Shown piece by piece: positions 17,903 through 26,801 of a DNA stretch of 64,000 nucleotides (the stretch's first letter is position 1; every line of letters begins with the position of its first letter). The stretch is from positions 138,273 to 202,272 of the IMG/VR virus record IMGVR_UViG_3300046318_000439. One strand, 5' to 3'. The notes below the pieces were generated by a model, which made no database searches, was not told the DNA's origin, and saw only the letters and a list, made by a program, of their open reading frames with translations. Both the position numbers and the translations under genes were made by a program. The DNA comes from a virus. Its lineage: Duplodnaviria > Caudoviricetes.

Positions 17903-17932
17903 ATTATACATATAATTCTCATGAAAGGTCAA
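17903..17932 (-). promoter_or_regulatory. sigma70-type promoter with extended -10; predicted +1 at the ATG
   Basis: TTGACC-18 nt-TATAAT preceded by ATG (TG at -14/-13). Confidence 0.65.
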
Positions 17933-17938
17933 CAGTCT

Positions 17939-18346
17939 TTATTTTTTACGGCCTATATTGTATTTGGCTACTAATTCCCACTGATCCTTTTCTTTATAAG
18001 AAAGGACCTTGATTTGGGAGAGTGGTGCTACTGGTGCAGCACTTTTGCTTGAATCAATCAACTCTACAAGTCCCCACTCCGCCATTAAATTAGCGATAGT
18101 GTTTCTGCGAGATAAATCATCTTCTGATATATCAGTTGGTTTTCCGTCTAAAGCAAATAACTCTTTAAAATGAACGATGTAGTATCTACCCTGCTTGTGC
18201 AAGATATGACATGATTGGTATATTTTTTGATCTTTTTTGGAAGCGACGCCTATCCGCGTGAGAGTCTCACGAACTTTCAGAAAATCATCTTCATTAACTA
18301 ATTTTACTTCGACTAAACTATCGAGCTGTATCATCCTCAACTCCAC
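17939..18346 (-). CDS. regA: translational repressor RegA
   Basis: DDFLKVRETLTRIGVA, QSCHILHKQGRYYIVHFKELFALDG. Confidence 0.96.
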   Translation of the reverse strand: MELRMIQLDSLVEVKLVNEDDFLKVRETLTRIGVASKKDQKIYQSCHILHKQGRYYIVHFKELFALDGKPTDISEDDLSRRNTIANLMAEWGLVELIDSSKSAAPVAPLSQIKVLSYKEKDQWELVAKYNIGRKK

Positions 18347-18719
18347 TTTGTAATGTTGTTTTTATCATGGATAGTTGTTCATATGACAGCAATGGTAAAA
18401 CTTGTTTGGCCTTGTCAATACCGTACGAAAAGTATTCCATTACAAGTTGGAGATCGCTATCTTCCCTTTTTGCCCATTTAGAGAATCTCTTGCCTGGACG
18501 AATAGTATTTAGGAGATAGTGGAATTGGAGTTTATTGTCCAAAATATTATGTATATTCACGTGGTTAGCATACATTATAGTGTCTGGAAAATACGATAAA
18601 GCTCGATTGACAACGAACGGCACATAAGCCTTTTCGGCCAGCTCGTCGTTGTCTGTACCCGTCATTAAGTCTTTCTTAGACAGGTTTATTGCATTTACAT
18701 ACTCAAATGGGTTACTCAT
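18318..18719 (-). CDS. gp62: clamp loader small subunit
   Basis: NPFEYVNAIN, YVPFVVNRALSYFPDT, KRFSKWAK. Confidence 0.93.
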   Translation of the reverse strand: MSNPFEYVNAINLSKKDLMTGTDNDELAEKAYVPFVVNRALSYFPDTIMYANHVNIHNILDNKLQFHYLLNTIRPGKRFSKWAKREDSDLQLVMEYFSYGIDKAKQVLPLLSYEQLSMIKTTLQSGVEDDTAR

Positions 18720-19015
18720 ATCATCCTAACAAGACCAATAGTGTCGATTGTAGTTAGCAAAATGTAGTTAGCCAGCATGCCAAACGATTTCCTAGTATAA
18801 GCAGCCCAAGCGTACATAGCGCAACCAATAATCCAGATAGGATACAGAATGAGCAACGGAGGGTTGGGGACAGTAAGAGCCATGGCGATCGAACAGCCAA
18901 TAGAAATAGCCCAAGCAAGCAACTCAATAATAAAACGAAACTTACCGCTATTCCAGTCATCCTTTATCCATCCAAACGTGTTTAAAAATATGTCATTCAT
19001 AATCATTAATATCAA
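18716..19015 (-). CDS. small 3-TM membrane protein (PnuC-half-like)
   Basis: Three hydrophobic segments; family call tentative. Confidence 0.6.
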   Translation of the reverse strand: MILMIMNDIFLNTFGWIKDDWNSGKFRFIIELLAWAISIGCSIAMALTVPNPPLLILYPIWIIGCAMYAWAAYTRKSFGMLANYILLTTIDTIGLVRMI

Positions 19016-19232
19016 TATTTGTGTCTAAAAATATAGGAGTGTACTCTCCAACATACGATCCGACAACGTTATAATCCATGTGCTCAATTGCTTCTTCCTC
19101 TGTCATTTCATCACGGACAATAAGAATATCCACACACTTGTTGTAATCGTATATGGCAAGCAACTTTGTATGTTGATGGCCAAAGCCAATCAACGCATCT
19201 TCAAAACCATCTGCTAATAGTGTATCAGTCAT
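18993..19232 (-). CDS. conserved phage hypothetical protein
   Basis: ADGFEDALIG...EEAIEHMDYNVVGSYVGEYTPIF. Confidence 0.7.
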   Translation of the reverse strand: MTDTLLADGFEDALIGFGHQHTKLLAIYDYNKCVDILIVRDEMTEEEAIEHMDYNVVGSYVGEYTPIFLDTNIDINDYE

Positions 19233-19521
19233 TCCAATTAAATCCCATAATTTTGTATGCTAGTTTACGATACCAAGGCATTGGTCCACCCTTGATTGTT
19301 AACCCATCACTATTGAGGGTTACTCTTGATGTTATTGCAATCGCAGGAGGGTCTGCTATGTACACAGTTCCAGTAGGAAAAGGTCCATGCCGTCCAGCGA
19401 TACCTTGCGCTCTTAACCAGTATTGGTGAGGAGAACATTGACTGAAATCTAAGTCTAAAGGTATTTGTTCAGTAAGAGGAAAAAAGAATTCAATTTCAGT
19501 TTGTTTCACTTGCGCCCCCAT
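19225..19521 (-). CDS. hypothetical protein
   Basis: 98-aa ORF in the operon. Confidence 0.55.
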   Translation of the reverse strand: MGAQVKQTEIEFFFPLTEQIPLDLDFSQCSPHQYWLRAQGIAGRHGPFPTGTVYIADPPAIAITSRVTLNSDGLTIKGGPMPWYRKLAYKIMGFNWND

Positions 19522-19751
19522 TTAACTCTGCTCCATACACGTTCATGCATCCAATAAACAAAGGGCTTAATAACCATTTCCGTTGCTCCGATAGCCAAGG
19601 AAACTATAAACTTACCAGTAATAACGTAGGAAATAATAATAGTGGTTAGAGTACCGCAACACCTATAGCTGTATGCTTTAACTAAACTACGGAGGGCAGT
19701 TTCACTGCTATTTAAATTCCACTTATCAATAAATTTAATAAACCAACTCAT
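19506..19751 (-). CDS. DUF2061-like small membrane protein
   Basis: RSLVKAYSYR, YWMHERVWSRVKWG. Confidence 0.75.
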   Translation of the reverse strand: MSWFIKFIDKWNLNSSETALRSLVKAYSYRCCGTLTTIIISYVITGKFIVSLAIGATEMVIKPFVYWMHERVWSRVKWGRK

Positions 19752-19753
19752 GA

Positions 19754-20593
19754 TTATTTCAAACCCATCTCTTTGCGAATTTTTGTAGCAGAAATGTTAT
19801 GTGTTGCTTCGTCAAATACTTCTTGCTCAATCGTATATCCTACACCACGACCATAGCCAATATGCACAATGTTAGGTACTACTTGGATTTCGTATTGTCC
19901 TTGATAGATAGGATCTAAGTCTCTACGAATGAATGCCTTAACTTTTTCTACTTCAAATGGATTACTGCCCTGCCAGCCTTGTACATCGCGTATTTGTATT
20001 ACCACTTGCCCTGTACGTTGTATTAATCGGTCAAATAAGGCTCGATGCCCATCATGCCATGGTTGCCAGCGACCTAACATCTGTACTGTTTCTTTTTTCC
20101 AATCAAATGTTGGACGACGTCGATTTTCAATAATATGGTTTCCGATAAACTCAGCCCACTTTTCTGCGTTCTGTTCCGTCACCCTGAAGTCGTATACCTC
20201 AGGCTCCACAAAGGCTGCATTGGTATCAGCATAGCGACCTTCACGAATAGTATCAACCCAGATAGTCCAATCCGCCTTAAAGTTATTACGCATTTCAACT
20301 AAGGGAGCAACAAAGTCGCAGATAACATAATCTCCGCCTGCCTCCAACGAGAATTGGAACATGCGAATGCTTTGACGGATCCGACCCTCATTACTGAAAT
20401 CCCAGTCATTAAACTTACGACGGACATCGTCAGCATTGAACCAAGTTACTTGGGCATTAAGCCCTGTAAGTGGTAGAGATTCAGCACGGTATGAACTGAT
20501 TGTTCCGTGTGCCTCCAAATACTTCTTAAGTGCGCTTGCCAACATTGTTTTACCAGCGCCAGGTAAGCCCATAATTAAAATACGTTTACTCAT
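19754..20593 (-). CDS. APS-kinase-like P-loop domain fused to an HxGH nucleotidyltransferase-like domain
   Basis: MGLPGAGKT, NADDVR, ICDFVAP; C-terminal GRWQPWHDGH. Confidence 0.75.
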   Translation of the reverse strand: MSKRILIMGLPGAGKTMLASALKKYLEAHGTISSYRAESLPLTGLNAQVTWFNADDVRRKFNDWDFSNEGRIRQSIRMFQFSLEAGGDYVICDFVAPLVEMRNNFKADWTIWVDTIREGRYADTNAAFVEPEVYDFRVTEQNAEKWAEFIGNHIIENRRRPTFDWKKETVQMLGRWQPWHDGHRALFDRLIQRTGQVVIQIRDVQGWQGSNPFEVEKVKAFIRRDLDPIYQGQYEIQVVPNIVHIGYGRGVGYTIEQEVFDEATHNISATKIRKEMGLK

Positions 20594-20605
20594 CTCTGCA
20601 TCCCT

Positions 20606-21547
20606 TTACTTAAATTCACATTCAACCATTACTTCAGTTAAAAAGGCAACCATGTTAATTTCACTATCCGCTACAAACGCTTGCTTGTATTGGTATTCTG
20701 CAATTAACAATACTAACTGTGGGATTGCAGAAGGCTTAAAATACTCAATAGACGAGTCATAAAACTTTCTAAACAACACTACTGGATCTGTATCTAAATT
20801 CTCTCCTACCCACTTACGCACGTGTGTAAAGTCTTTTGTTTTCAGATAACCAATTAAGTCTTTAATCGACGTATCCTGCACGTTAACAAGAATACCAGAA
20901 TCAATCGTACCAGTAGCACTGTAACGCTGAAGTTCATTAAGTGTACGGCGGAAATCAGGGAAATGCTTTTCTACAACAGCAGCAACTACTTTAGGCTCGA
21001 ATGTAACGCCTTCATCCGTTAAAATGGTAGTTACACGCTTATAGAAGCCTGCTGCTAGTTTTGGTTTTTCTTTTGTAGGAATCCTAAACTCTATTACACT
21101 ACAACGACTGTGTAAAGGTTCAATGATACGATTCTTAAAGTTGCATGTTAGAATGAATCCACAATTCTTACTAAACTCCTCCATGAAGTTACGTAGAGCT
21201 GGTTGTGTAGAGTTTGGATTTAAATAGTCTGCCTCATCGAGGATCACATACTTACGACCGCCTGTCAAGGAAACGCTAGAAGCAAAGTTTGAAATGTCGT
21301 TACGGAGTGTATCAATATTACCATTCATACTACCGTTGATAATAATGTAATCGCATCCTAACTCTTCGAGCATAGCTCTAGCTACAGTCGTTTTACCTGT
21401 ACCAGCTTTGCCGGATAGAAGTAAATTAGGAACTAGTTGATCGTTTATAAACTGCTGGAAAGTTTGCTTAAGTTCGGCCGGTAGAATAGTTTCTTCAATA
21501 GTCTTCGGACGATACTTCTCTACCCACAAGAAGTGGTCATTCATCAT
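20606..21547 (-). CDS. gp44: clamp loader large subunit (AAA+)
   Basis: LWVEKYRP, GKAGTGKTT, ILDEADYL, PLHSRC. Confidence 0.96.
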   Translation of the reverse strand: MMNDHFLWVEKYRPKTIEETILPAELKQTFQQFINDQLVPNLLLSGKAGTGKTTVARAMLEELGCDYIIINGSMNGNIDTLRNDISNFASSVSLTGGRKYVILDEADYLNPNSTQPALRNFMEEFSKNCGFILTCNFKNRIIEPLHSRCSVIEFRIPTKEKPKLAAGFYKRVTTILTDEGVTFEPKVVAAVVEKHFPDFRRTLNELQRYSATGTIDSGILVNVQDTSIKDLIGYLKTKDFTHVRKWVGENLDTDPVVLFRKFYDSSIEYFKPSAIPQLVLLIAEYQYKQAFVADSEINMVAFLTEVMVECEFK

Positions 21548-21566
21548 ATAAAACTCCTCAATTAGA

Positions 21567-21707
21567 CTAAGAGTTTATTTGTGCTTTTAGTCTTTCAATT
21601 TGCTGACGTAATTCATTAACAACGTCAGTATCATAATTACTACTAGATATCAACGAGGCAATCGCTTCTTCTAATTCATAGATTTCATCAATTACCTGTT
21701 GATTCAT
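21567..21707 (-). CDS. small coiled-coil hypothetical protein (likely start MNQQ)
   Basis: ORF track 21567..21752; the ATG at 21707 follows the upstream stop. Confidence 0.5.
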   Translation of the reverse strand: MNQQVIDEIYELEEAIASLISSSNYDTDVVNELRQQIERLKAQINS

Positions 21708-21711
21708 TATA

Positions 21712-21882
21712 TCACTCTTTTGATTGTTTGTCAACTTTTGCAAATCGAGCACGCTCTTCTGCTACTTCACAACTGATAGCAAAACGCTTAAACTCTGCTG
21801 CTTTAATCGGATCAGCATATCGATTGCTTGCAAGGATACGCTTTGATGATTTACTTAAATTGAATGTTGCACTTGTTTTCAT
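21712..21882 (-). CDS. 56-aa basic protein absent from the ORF track
   Basis: MKTSATFNLSKSSKRILASNRYADPIKAAEFKRFAISCEVAEERARFAKVDKQSKE; ATGA-coupled to gp45. Confidence 0.6.
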   Translation of the reverse strand: MKTSATFNLSKSSKRILASNRYADPIKAAEFKRFAISCEVAEERARFAKVDKQSKE

Positions 21883-22544
21883 TGTCTAGCCTCAAAAGTT
21901 GAATTTGCTTCAGCTACAATCCAGTAATCAACATCCTCACCCTTGAAGTGAGAAATACCTTTACTAGAAATAGCTACATCATAATCACCAGTCATAATCT
22001 TAATGTTTTCTGATCTAAAAATCATTTTAAACTTATGTACTGAAGTACCCACCTGTACAGCGAAGTTGTCGCCAGAAGGATTCTTAGAGTCGATGGCCTG
22101 TACATATACATCAGTCCCATCTCCAACTACAGCAAACTCAGGCATCTTTAAAACGCCCATTGCTTTCTGCACACGATCAAGAGTCACCTGAGTCAGTTTA
22201 AACTCAATTTCTGGATCATTTACTTGCGGTGTCTTATCAGATGCTTGTACAATCATCTTAGGATCAGCGAATGTGTAATTAACACGCTGTTGACCATCTG
22301 TGATTGTCATAAACTTCTCTTGCACAGTTAATGCTGGTTTCTCAAACAAACTCAACACGCTTAGGAACTTGCTTAGGTCATAGATTGCAAACTGACCTTC
22401 TACCTCTTCTTTTAACTTAGCATGTGCTAAGATTGTTTTATTAGGCGACATTGTTTTAAGAACGTCGCCTGGTTTAAACATAATTGAGGGATTGATTGAC
22501 GCAAAGTTCTTGAGGATAGATAACGTTCTGCCTTCAAGTTTCAT
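21879..22544 (-). CDS. gp45: sliding clamp
   Basis: LSILKNFASINPSI, FAIYDLSKFLSVLSLF, ENIKIMTGDYDV. Confidence 0.95.
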   Translation of the reverse strand: MKLEGRTLSILKNFASINPSIMFKPGDVLKTMSPNKTILAHAKLKEEVEGQFAIYDLSKFLSVLSLFEKPALTVQEKFMTITDGQQRVNYTFADPKMIVQASDKTPQVNDPEIEFKLTQVTLDRVQKAMGVLKMPEFAVVGDGTDVYVQAIDSKNPSGDNFAVQVGTSVHKFKMIFRSENIKIMTGDYDVAISSKGISHFKGEDVDYWIVAEANSTFEARQ

Positions 22545-22563
22545 AATATAGATTCTCCGTTAA

Positions 22564-23514
22564 TTACTTCTTTTTACCTAGTTTACCAACATCAGCTGTA
22601 GCAGACGCCCCGATTGAAGCAAGGTCAGCCAAACTACCACCGAATACATAACTACCTACGTGCTGCAATTGCATCCATGGGCAGAACCAAACTCTAGCGC
22701 CCATGCGTTGAACATTGTAGCAGAACATATAGTCCTCTGACAAGTAACGATGTGATGAGTGAGCTTCACCTTCAACCATTTGCTTAGCTATCTCTTGCAA
22801 CTCCGCACCTTTACCATCTGCAACATCTCGTAGCAATTGGTGTAGATTCTCATAACCATATCCACGATCAATAATACAATCGAAGTATGCCATGATCTCA
22901 CGTGTGCCATCAAAGTGCTCTGTACGAACATGATCTGGCTTATAATGCAAATGAGGATATGCCTTTTCATAATCTTCAAATGTCTTACGACGTACCATCA
23001 TAAAGCCTGTACCAATCTCCATCACCTCAACAGGAGCGCCAATTGGAATTTCTTTCTGTGAGCCTTTAGGGTTAAACACATAGTCTCCAACAAACTTCTC
23101 AAGCACGTTTGGATCTTTATCTGCAACACCTTTATCAACCGCTTGCTTAATTTTTTCCCACGAAATACATTTCTTAGGATATGGGCCACCCATAACATCA
23201 TATGGACTTTCGTCTGTCATAAGAGCCAATAATGCTAACACGTCTTGTGGATTAAATCCAATATCAGAATCGATAAACATTAGATGGGTTGCACCACTGC
23301 GCATAAACTCATCCACACAATAGTTACGAGCACGAGTGATTAACGATTCGTTGAATAGGAAGTATAACTGTAAAGGGATTTGATACTTAGCACAAACTGC
23401 AGAGAGGTCTGCAACTGATCTAGTGAACATACCAGCACACTGTCCACCATACATCGGAACTGCTACGAATAGTTTACGTTTTTGCAGTTCTGAAATTTCA
23501 ACATTAATTTCCAT
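22564..23514 (-). CDS. GT-A fold glycosyltransferase-like protein
   Basis: FVAVPMYGGQC, ESLITRARN, FIDSDI (DxD), GTGFM, YLSEDYMFC, HVG. Confidence 0.8.
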   Translation of the reverse strand: MEINVEISELQKRKLFVAVPMYGGQCAGMFTRSVADLSAVCAKYQIPLQLYFLFNESLITRARNYCVDEFMRSGATHLMFIDSDIGFNPQDVLALLALMTDESPYDVMGGPYPKKCISWEKIKQAVDKGVADKDPNVLEKFVGDYVFNPKGSQKEIPIGAPVEVMEIGTGFMMVRRKTFEDYEKAYPHLHYKPDHVRTEHFDGTREIMAYFDCIIDRGYGYENLHQLLRDVADGKGAELQEIAKQMVEGEAHSSHRYLSEDYMFCYNVQRMGARVWFCPWMQLQHVGSYVFGGSLADLASIGASATADVGKLGKKK

Positions 23515-24028
23515 TATTTTTCACTCCATATTTTTCATCATGTGATTTACCGACACCATAGTCTCCATCATATTTATGTAGTGCTTGAGCATCAAAGCTT
23601 AAATATTGACCGATGCGAGTACCTTGTTTAATCCTCGCTGGACCCACACCGACGTGTAATACACCAGCCATGACACCATGGTACCCGGAATCATAAAGAC
23701 CAGAAGTAATAAACAACCCATTACGATTGAGAGTAGAACGAGTGATGACCCAACCTGCCTCTCCCTCACCGACATTAATAATATTCTCCATGACAACCTC
23801 ATAATCCCCAGGCTGTAATGTATAGTATCCCTCAGCATCCGGCTCAAGTGCGGCTTCGGTGCCTCTATGCTTCTTATGATCGTTAGAAATTTCGAATACA
23901 TCATTCTTAATCGGAAATATCTTACCTAAACGCAAATCCACAGCATTAGGTTGTACGTCCCCCTCCTGTACGTTTGTTAGTGATGATTTTGAGCCTTCGC
24001 CCATAATATGCTTCATAGCCAATTCCAC
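23504..24028 (-). CDS. dUTPase/dCTP deaminase family protein
   Basis: QPNAVDLRL, RSTLNRNG, GLYDSGYHG, RIGQ. Confidence 0.85.
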   Translation of the reverse strand: MELAMKHIMGEGSKSSLTNVQEGDVQPNAVDLRLGKIFPIKNDVFEISNDHKKHRGTEAALEPDAEGYYTLQPGDYEVVMENIINVGEGEAGWVITRSTLNRNGLFITSGLYDSGYHGVMAGVLHVGVGPARIKQGTRIGQYLSFDAQALHKYDGDYGVGKSHDEKYGVKNNGN

Positions 24029-24570
24029 TCCTGTAGTTTTTTATCAAATGCTTTTAATACTTCGTCTGTAAATTCTCGTAGCGTAGACTTATTCTCTAGC
24101 ACTAGATTACAAACGGAGTTATCAAAACCACGTTCCGTAATATGAGTATCGATAATTCCAAGAGGTCTATCAATCTTCACAATTTTTGCTCCTAGGTTCT
24201 GAAGATGAATCAATTCATTATCGAAACGAAGGTCTGTAATCACCCACACTGCATCTTCCGATGCAATTCTTTCATCCACATACTCTACAAACTGATTTAC
24301 ATCATATTTTCGCATCAACATACCGATTTCACGAACAACACGACGTCCATCTACTGATGTACTGTTGGACACTAGTATAGACCGTTTAAATGCGTCATAC
24401 TCAGCAATCGTTTTTAGTCCAAATATATGCATAATCTCACGTTTAATTGGATCAGCAAATGCAATGCGTCTAAAGGGACGATCAGTTGTAGAATAAGCAT
24501 CTAGAAGGATATCAGCTACAGTATCCTTCCCACAACCTTTAGCTCCTGTTAATGCAATTATCTTCGACAT
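24013..24570 (-). CDS. deoxynucleoside monophosphate kinase (T4 gp1-like)
   Basis: GAKGCGKDT, AFADPIK, ITDLRFDNE, H.TE. Confidence 0.88.
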   Translation of the reverse strand: MSKIIALTGAKGCGKDTVADILLDAYSTTDRPFRRIAFADPIKREIMHIFGLKTIAEYDAFKRSILVSNSTSVDGRRVVREIGMLMRKYDVNQFVEYVDERIASEDAVWVITDLRFDNELIHLQNLGAKIVKIDRPLGIIDTHITERGFDNSVCNLVLENKSTLREFTDEVLKAFDKKLQEWNWL

Positions 24571-25445
24571 AGACGATCAATCACTCCAATATTAAATTTT
24601 ACAACATCATCGTGCGCTTTCACTTCATGATTGTAGCTGAAATTAACTTCAGACTCAACTTTGCCGTGTTCAAGGCCAGACGGGGAGCGATCGAAGGGTA
24701 CCCCATTAATACCAGCCCACACAGCTGCTGATGAGTCCCATGAATAGATATATGGTTGATATTCTCGTAATAACTCAATCTCGTTTGGACCATCTGTCAT
24801 ACCCAAGCAGTGAAACTTCTTAATAGCTCTTGCTGGTTGCAATAGTCCACGGTCATCTAATGACTTAAACATCATCCATCGTGATAAGAAACGTTGCAGT
24901 TTGTATGCGTCATTGCGTTTACCATCACCGTGCTTAGACTCATTTACTTCAAATGCAATAGGACATGCTAGAATAGATACACCAATCAAATCCACTTCTG
25001 GATTCTCAATAGCCCATTCATATGAATTCATAATACCTTCCACATCACCCAATTCACTTTGAGGAACATAGAATGTACCGAACCCAGCATCCTTCAATTG
25101 AGGAATCTGTTTGATTGCTGTGTTCATTGTTTTCGACCATTCTTCTTTTGGATAGTCAGACATAACAATAACATCAGCCTTACAACGCTTACCCATCTCA
25201 ATTAACTTGTTCGGATCATACATTGGACGACCTTGCTTAAACATCTCGAAAGCTGAGTTGTCCATAATCTTTACTTTACCATCATCTAGATTAGCATAGT
25301 AGTCAGCATATGCTGGATCTTGTTCCACAAGATGAGCAAGCAATAAGTGAGCTCCATTAGTTTTTGTATATCTGTCTAGGAAGTGGGTGGGAGCAATGTG
25401 ACAGAATTTAATTCCATCATTAATATTTTTATTTAAGGGTGTCAT
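24558..25445 (-). CDS. dpdA: TGT-fold (DpdA-like) guanine transglycosylase candidate
   Basis: TIM-barrel pattern with IMDNSAFE (cf. DSG), FHCLG (cf. HxxG), SWDSS (cf. SxDS); neighbours folE and queE. Confidence 0.6.
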   Translation of the reverse strand: MTPLNKNINDGIKFCHIAPTHFLDRYTKTNGAHLLLAHLVEQDPAYADYYANLDDGKVKIMDNSAFEMFKQGRPMYDPNKLIEMGKRCKADVIVMSDYPKEEWSKTMNTAIKQIPQLKDAGFGTFYVPQSELGDVEGIMNSYEWAIENPEVDLIGVSILACPIAFEVNESKHGDGKRNDAYKLQRFLSRWMMFKSLDDRGLLQPARAIKKFHCLGMTDGPNEIELLREYQPYIYSWDSSAAVWAGINGVPFDRSPSGLEHGKVESEVNFSYNHEVKAHDDVVKFNIGVIDRLCRR

Positions 25446-25476
25446 TTAATTTTAGCCTTGTTGTTAGATTGTTGCA

Positions 25477-25920
25477 TTATCTCTCAAAGTAGATACGGCA
25501 ACCATTTTCATTATCTTCTGATACTTCAATGCGGATCTCACGAGAAGGCCACGTCACTGCAATCTTGTCGTATAAATCTTTTGCAGTCATTTCACATGAT
25601 TTGTAATCTACTGATAATGTCTTCTCACTATACCAGCTTTCTAGTATTCTTTTCAACTGGATAAACTCTACATCTCGGTTGTCGTGGAATACTTCCATCT
25701 CTACTCTAAAGTGAAAGATATGGCGGTGAGGCGATGCCAAGAAACTAACATCAAGCCAATCGCCTGTTGCTAGTTTCGGATCGGTCGCTGCTGCTGGATA
25801 TCTGTGAATGCCTTCTTTTTGAAATGTGACCCAGATAAAAGACCTAGGCAACTTACCAATAGTAAAGTTATCCTCAACTCCATCTGGTAGTGTGTATGTT
25901 ATTTCAGTAGGTGTGCTCAT
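25477..25920 (-). CDS. dpdL: QueD-like T-fold protein, DpdL-type CDG decarboxylase candidate
   Basis: LASPHRHIF matches the LxxxHRHxF motif I recall for DpdL; VEFIQLK, SCEM, EVSEDNENG. Confidence 0.65.
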   Translation of the reverse strand: MSTPTEITYTLPDGVEDNFTIGKLPRSFIWVTFQKEGIHRYPAAATDPKLATGDWLDVSFLASPHRHIFHFRVEMEVFHDNRDVEFIQLKRILESWYSEKTLSVDYKSCEMTAKDLYDKIAVTWPSREIRIEVSEDNENGCRIYFER

Positions 25921-26420
25921 ATTTTTAACTTCTTCATGTTAATAAAACTTGGTATATTATCGCAATAGAGTAATATCGTTCTGTTACCCCATTGATCGGT
26001 GTATACGCGATATTCACTAGCATTATTGGTAACAAACTGTTGCATATCCTTACGTTTATATAATACAGCATCATGCGTATTAATGTCAATATGGATAATA
26101 AACTCACTAATCTTTTTAGGGTTGAATAACCAACCACGTGGTCCTACCTCAACGTAAAACCGTTTGTTGTTGAGATTGCCTTTGACATCAACAGTAAACA
26201 ATTTGTCACCCTTTTGCACAATAAAATCAATTCCTGATACCTGATCGTGATAATCGCTTTCACGGTCGTGAGCAATCATTCCTTGATTTGCAACGTGTTG
26301 TGCGTATAGCAATTCAGCTGCTCGTCCTTTTGCTCCGTTAGCCCCATATGCTCCCTCAAGCGTCGGTGTCCATTCTGGTGTCAATCTAGACATAAAACTC
26401 CATAATAAAAAAGCCCACAC
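25917..26420 (-). CDS. PD-(D/E)xK-like nuclease-fold protein
   Basis: E(LLY)...GIDFIV...TVDVK. Confidence 0.5.
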   Translation of the reverse strand: MWAFLLWSFMSRLTPEWTPTLEGAYGANGAKGRAAELLYAQHVANQGMIAHDRESDYHDQVSGIDFIVQKGDKLFTVDVKGNLNNKRFYVEVGPRGWLFNPKKISEFIIHIDINTHDAVLYKRKDMQQFVTNNASEYRVYTDQWGNRTILLYCDNIPSFINMKKLKI

Positions 26421-26439
26421 CCAATTAAGAGTGTAGGCT
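26407..26439 (-). terminator. rho-independent terminator
   Basis: AGCCTACACTC-TTAATT-GGGTGTGGGCT followed by a T run. Confidence 0.8.
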
Positions 26440-26456
26440 CATATCACTTGTTTATA

Positions 26457-26720
26457 TTAAACGCGTGAGAACAATGCATCTGCGCCTAACAAAGCAACAG
26501 CTGCTGCAACCATACGACGGCTTGGTGTGCCCAAGCGATACTTCAAAGTCTCGCGACCTTTAGTATCTGTATGTTTGTTCAAGTAGATCGCATGACCTTC
26601 TTGACGTAGCAAAGACACTACTTTGCGTGGTGATGCAATGTTAAACTGCGCACCAATTTGCTTAGCTGTCAATTGACGGCCTTCTTGTAACACATTCAAT
26701 ACTTTCTGCTTTTGATTCAT
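26457..26720 (-). CDS. winged helix-turn-helix protein
   Basis: QKQKVLNVLQEGRQLTAKQI...VVSLLRQEGHAIY...KYRLG. Confidence 0.75.
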   Translation of the reverse strand: MNQKQKVLNVLQEGRQLTAKQIGAQFNIASPRKVVSLLRQEGHAIYLNKHTDTKGRETLKYRLGTPSRRMVAAAVALLGADALFSRV

Positions 26721-26770
26721 ATAGTACTCCTACAAAGTTAATAACATAATCTGGAAACCAGAATGTTCAT

Positions 26771-26798
26771 TCTATAGCATAATTAAAAAAGAAGTCAA
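26771..26798 (-). promoter_or_regulatory. sigma70-type promoter
   Basis: TTGACT-16 nt-TATAGA with TG extension. Confidence 0.6.
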
Positions 26799-26801
26799 CT
26801 G

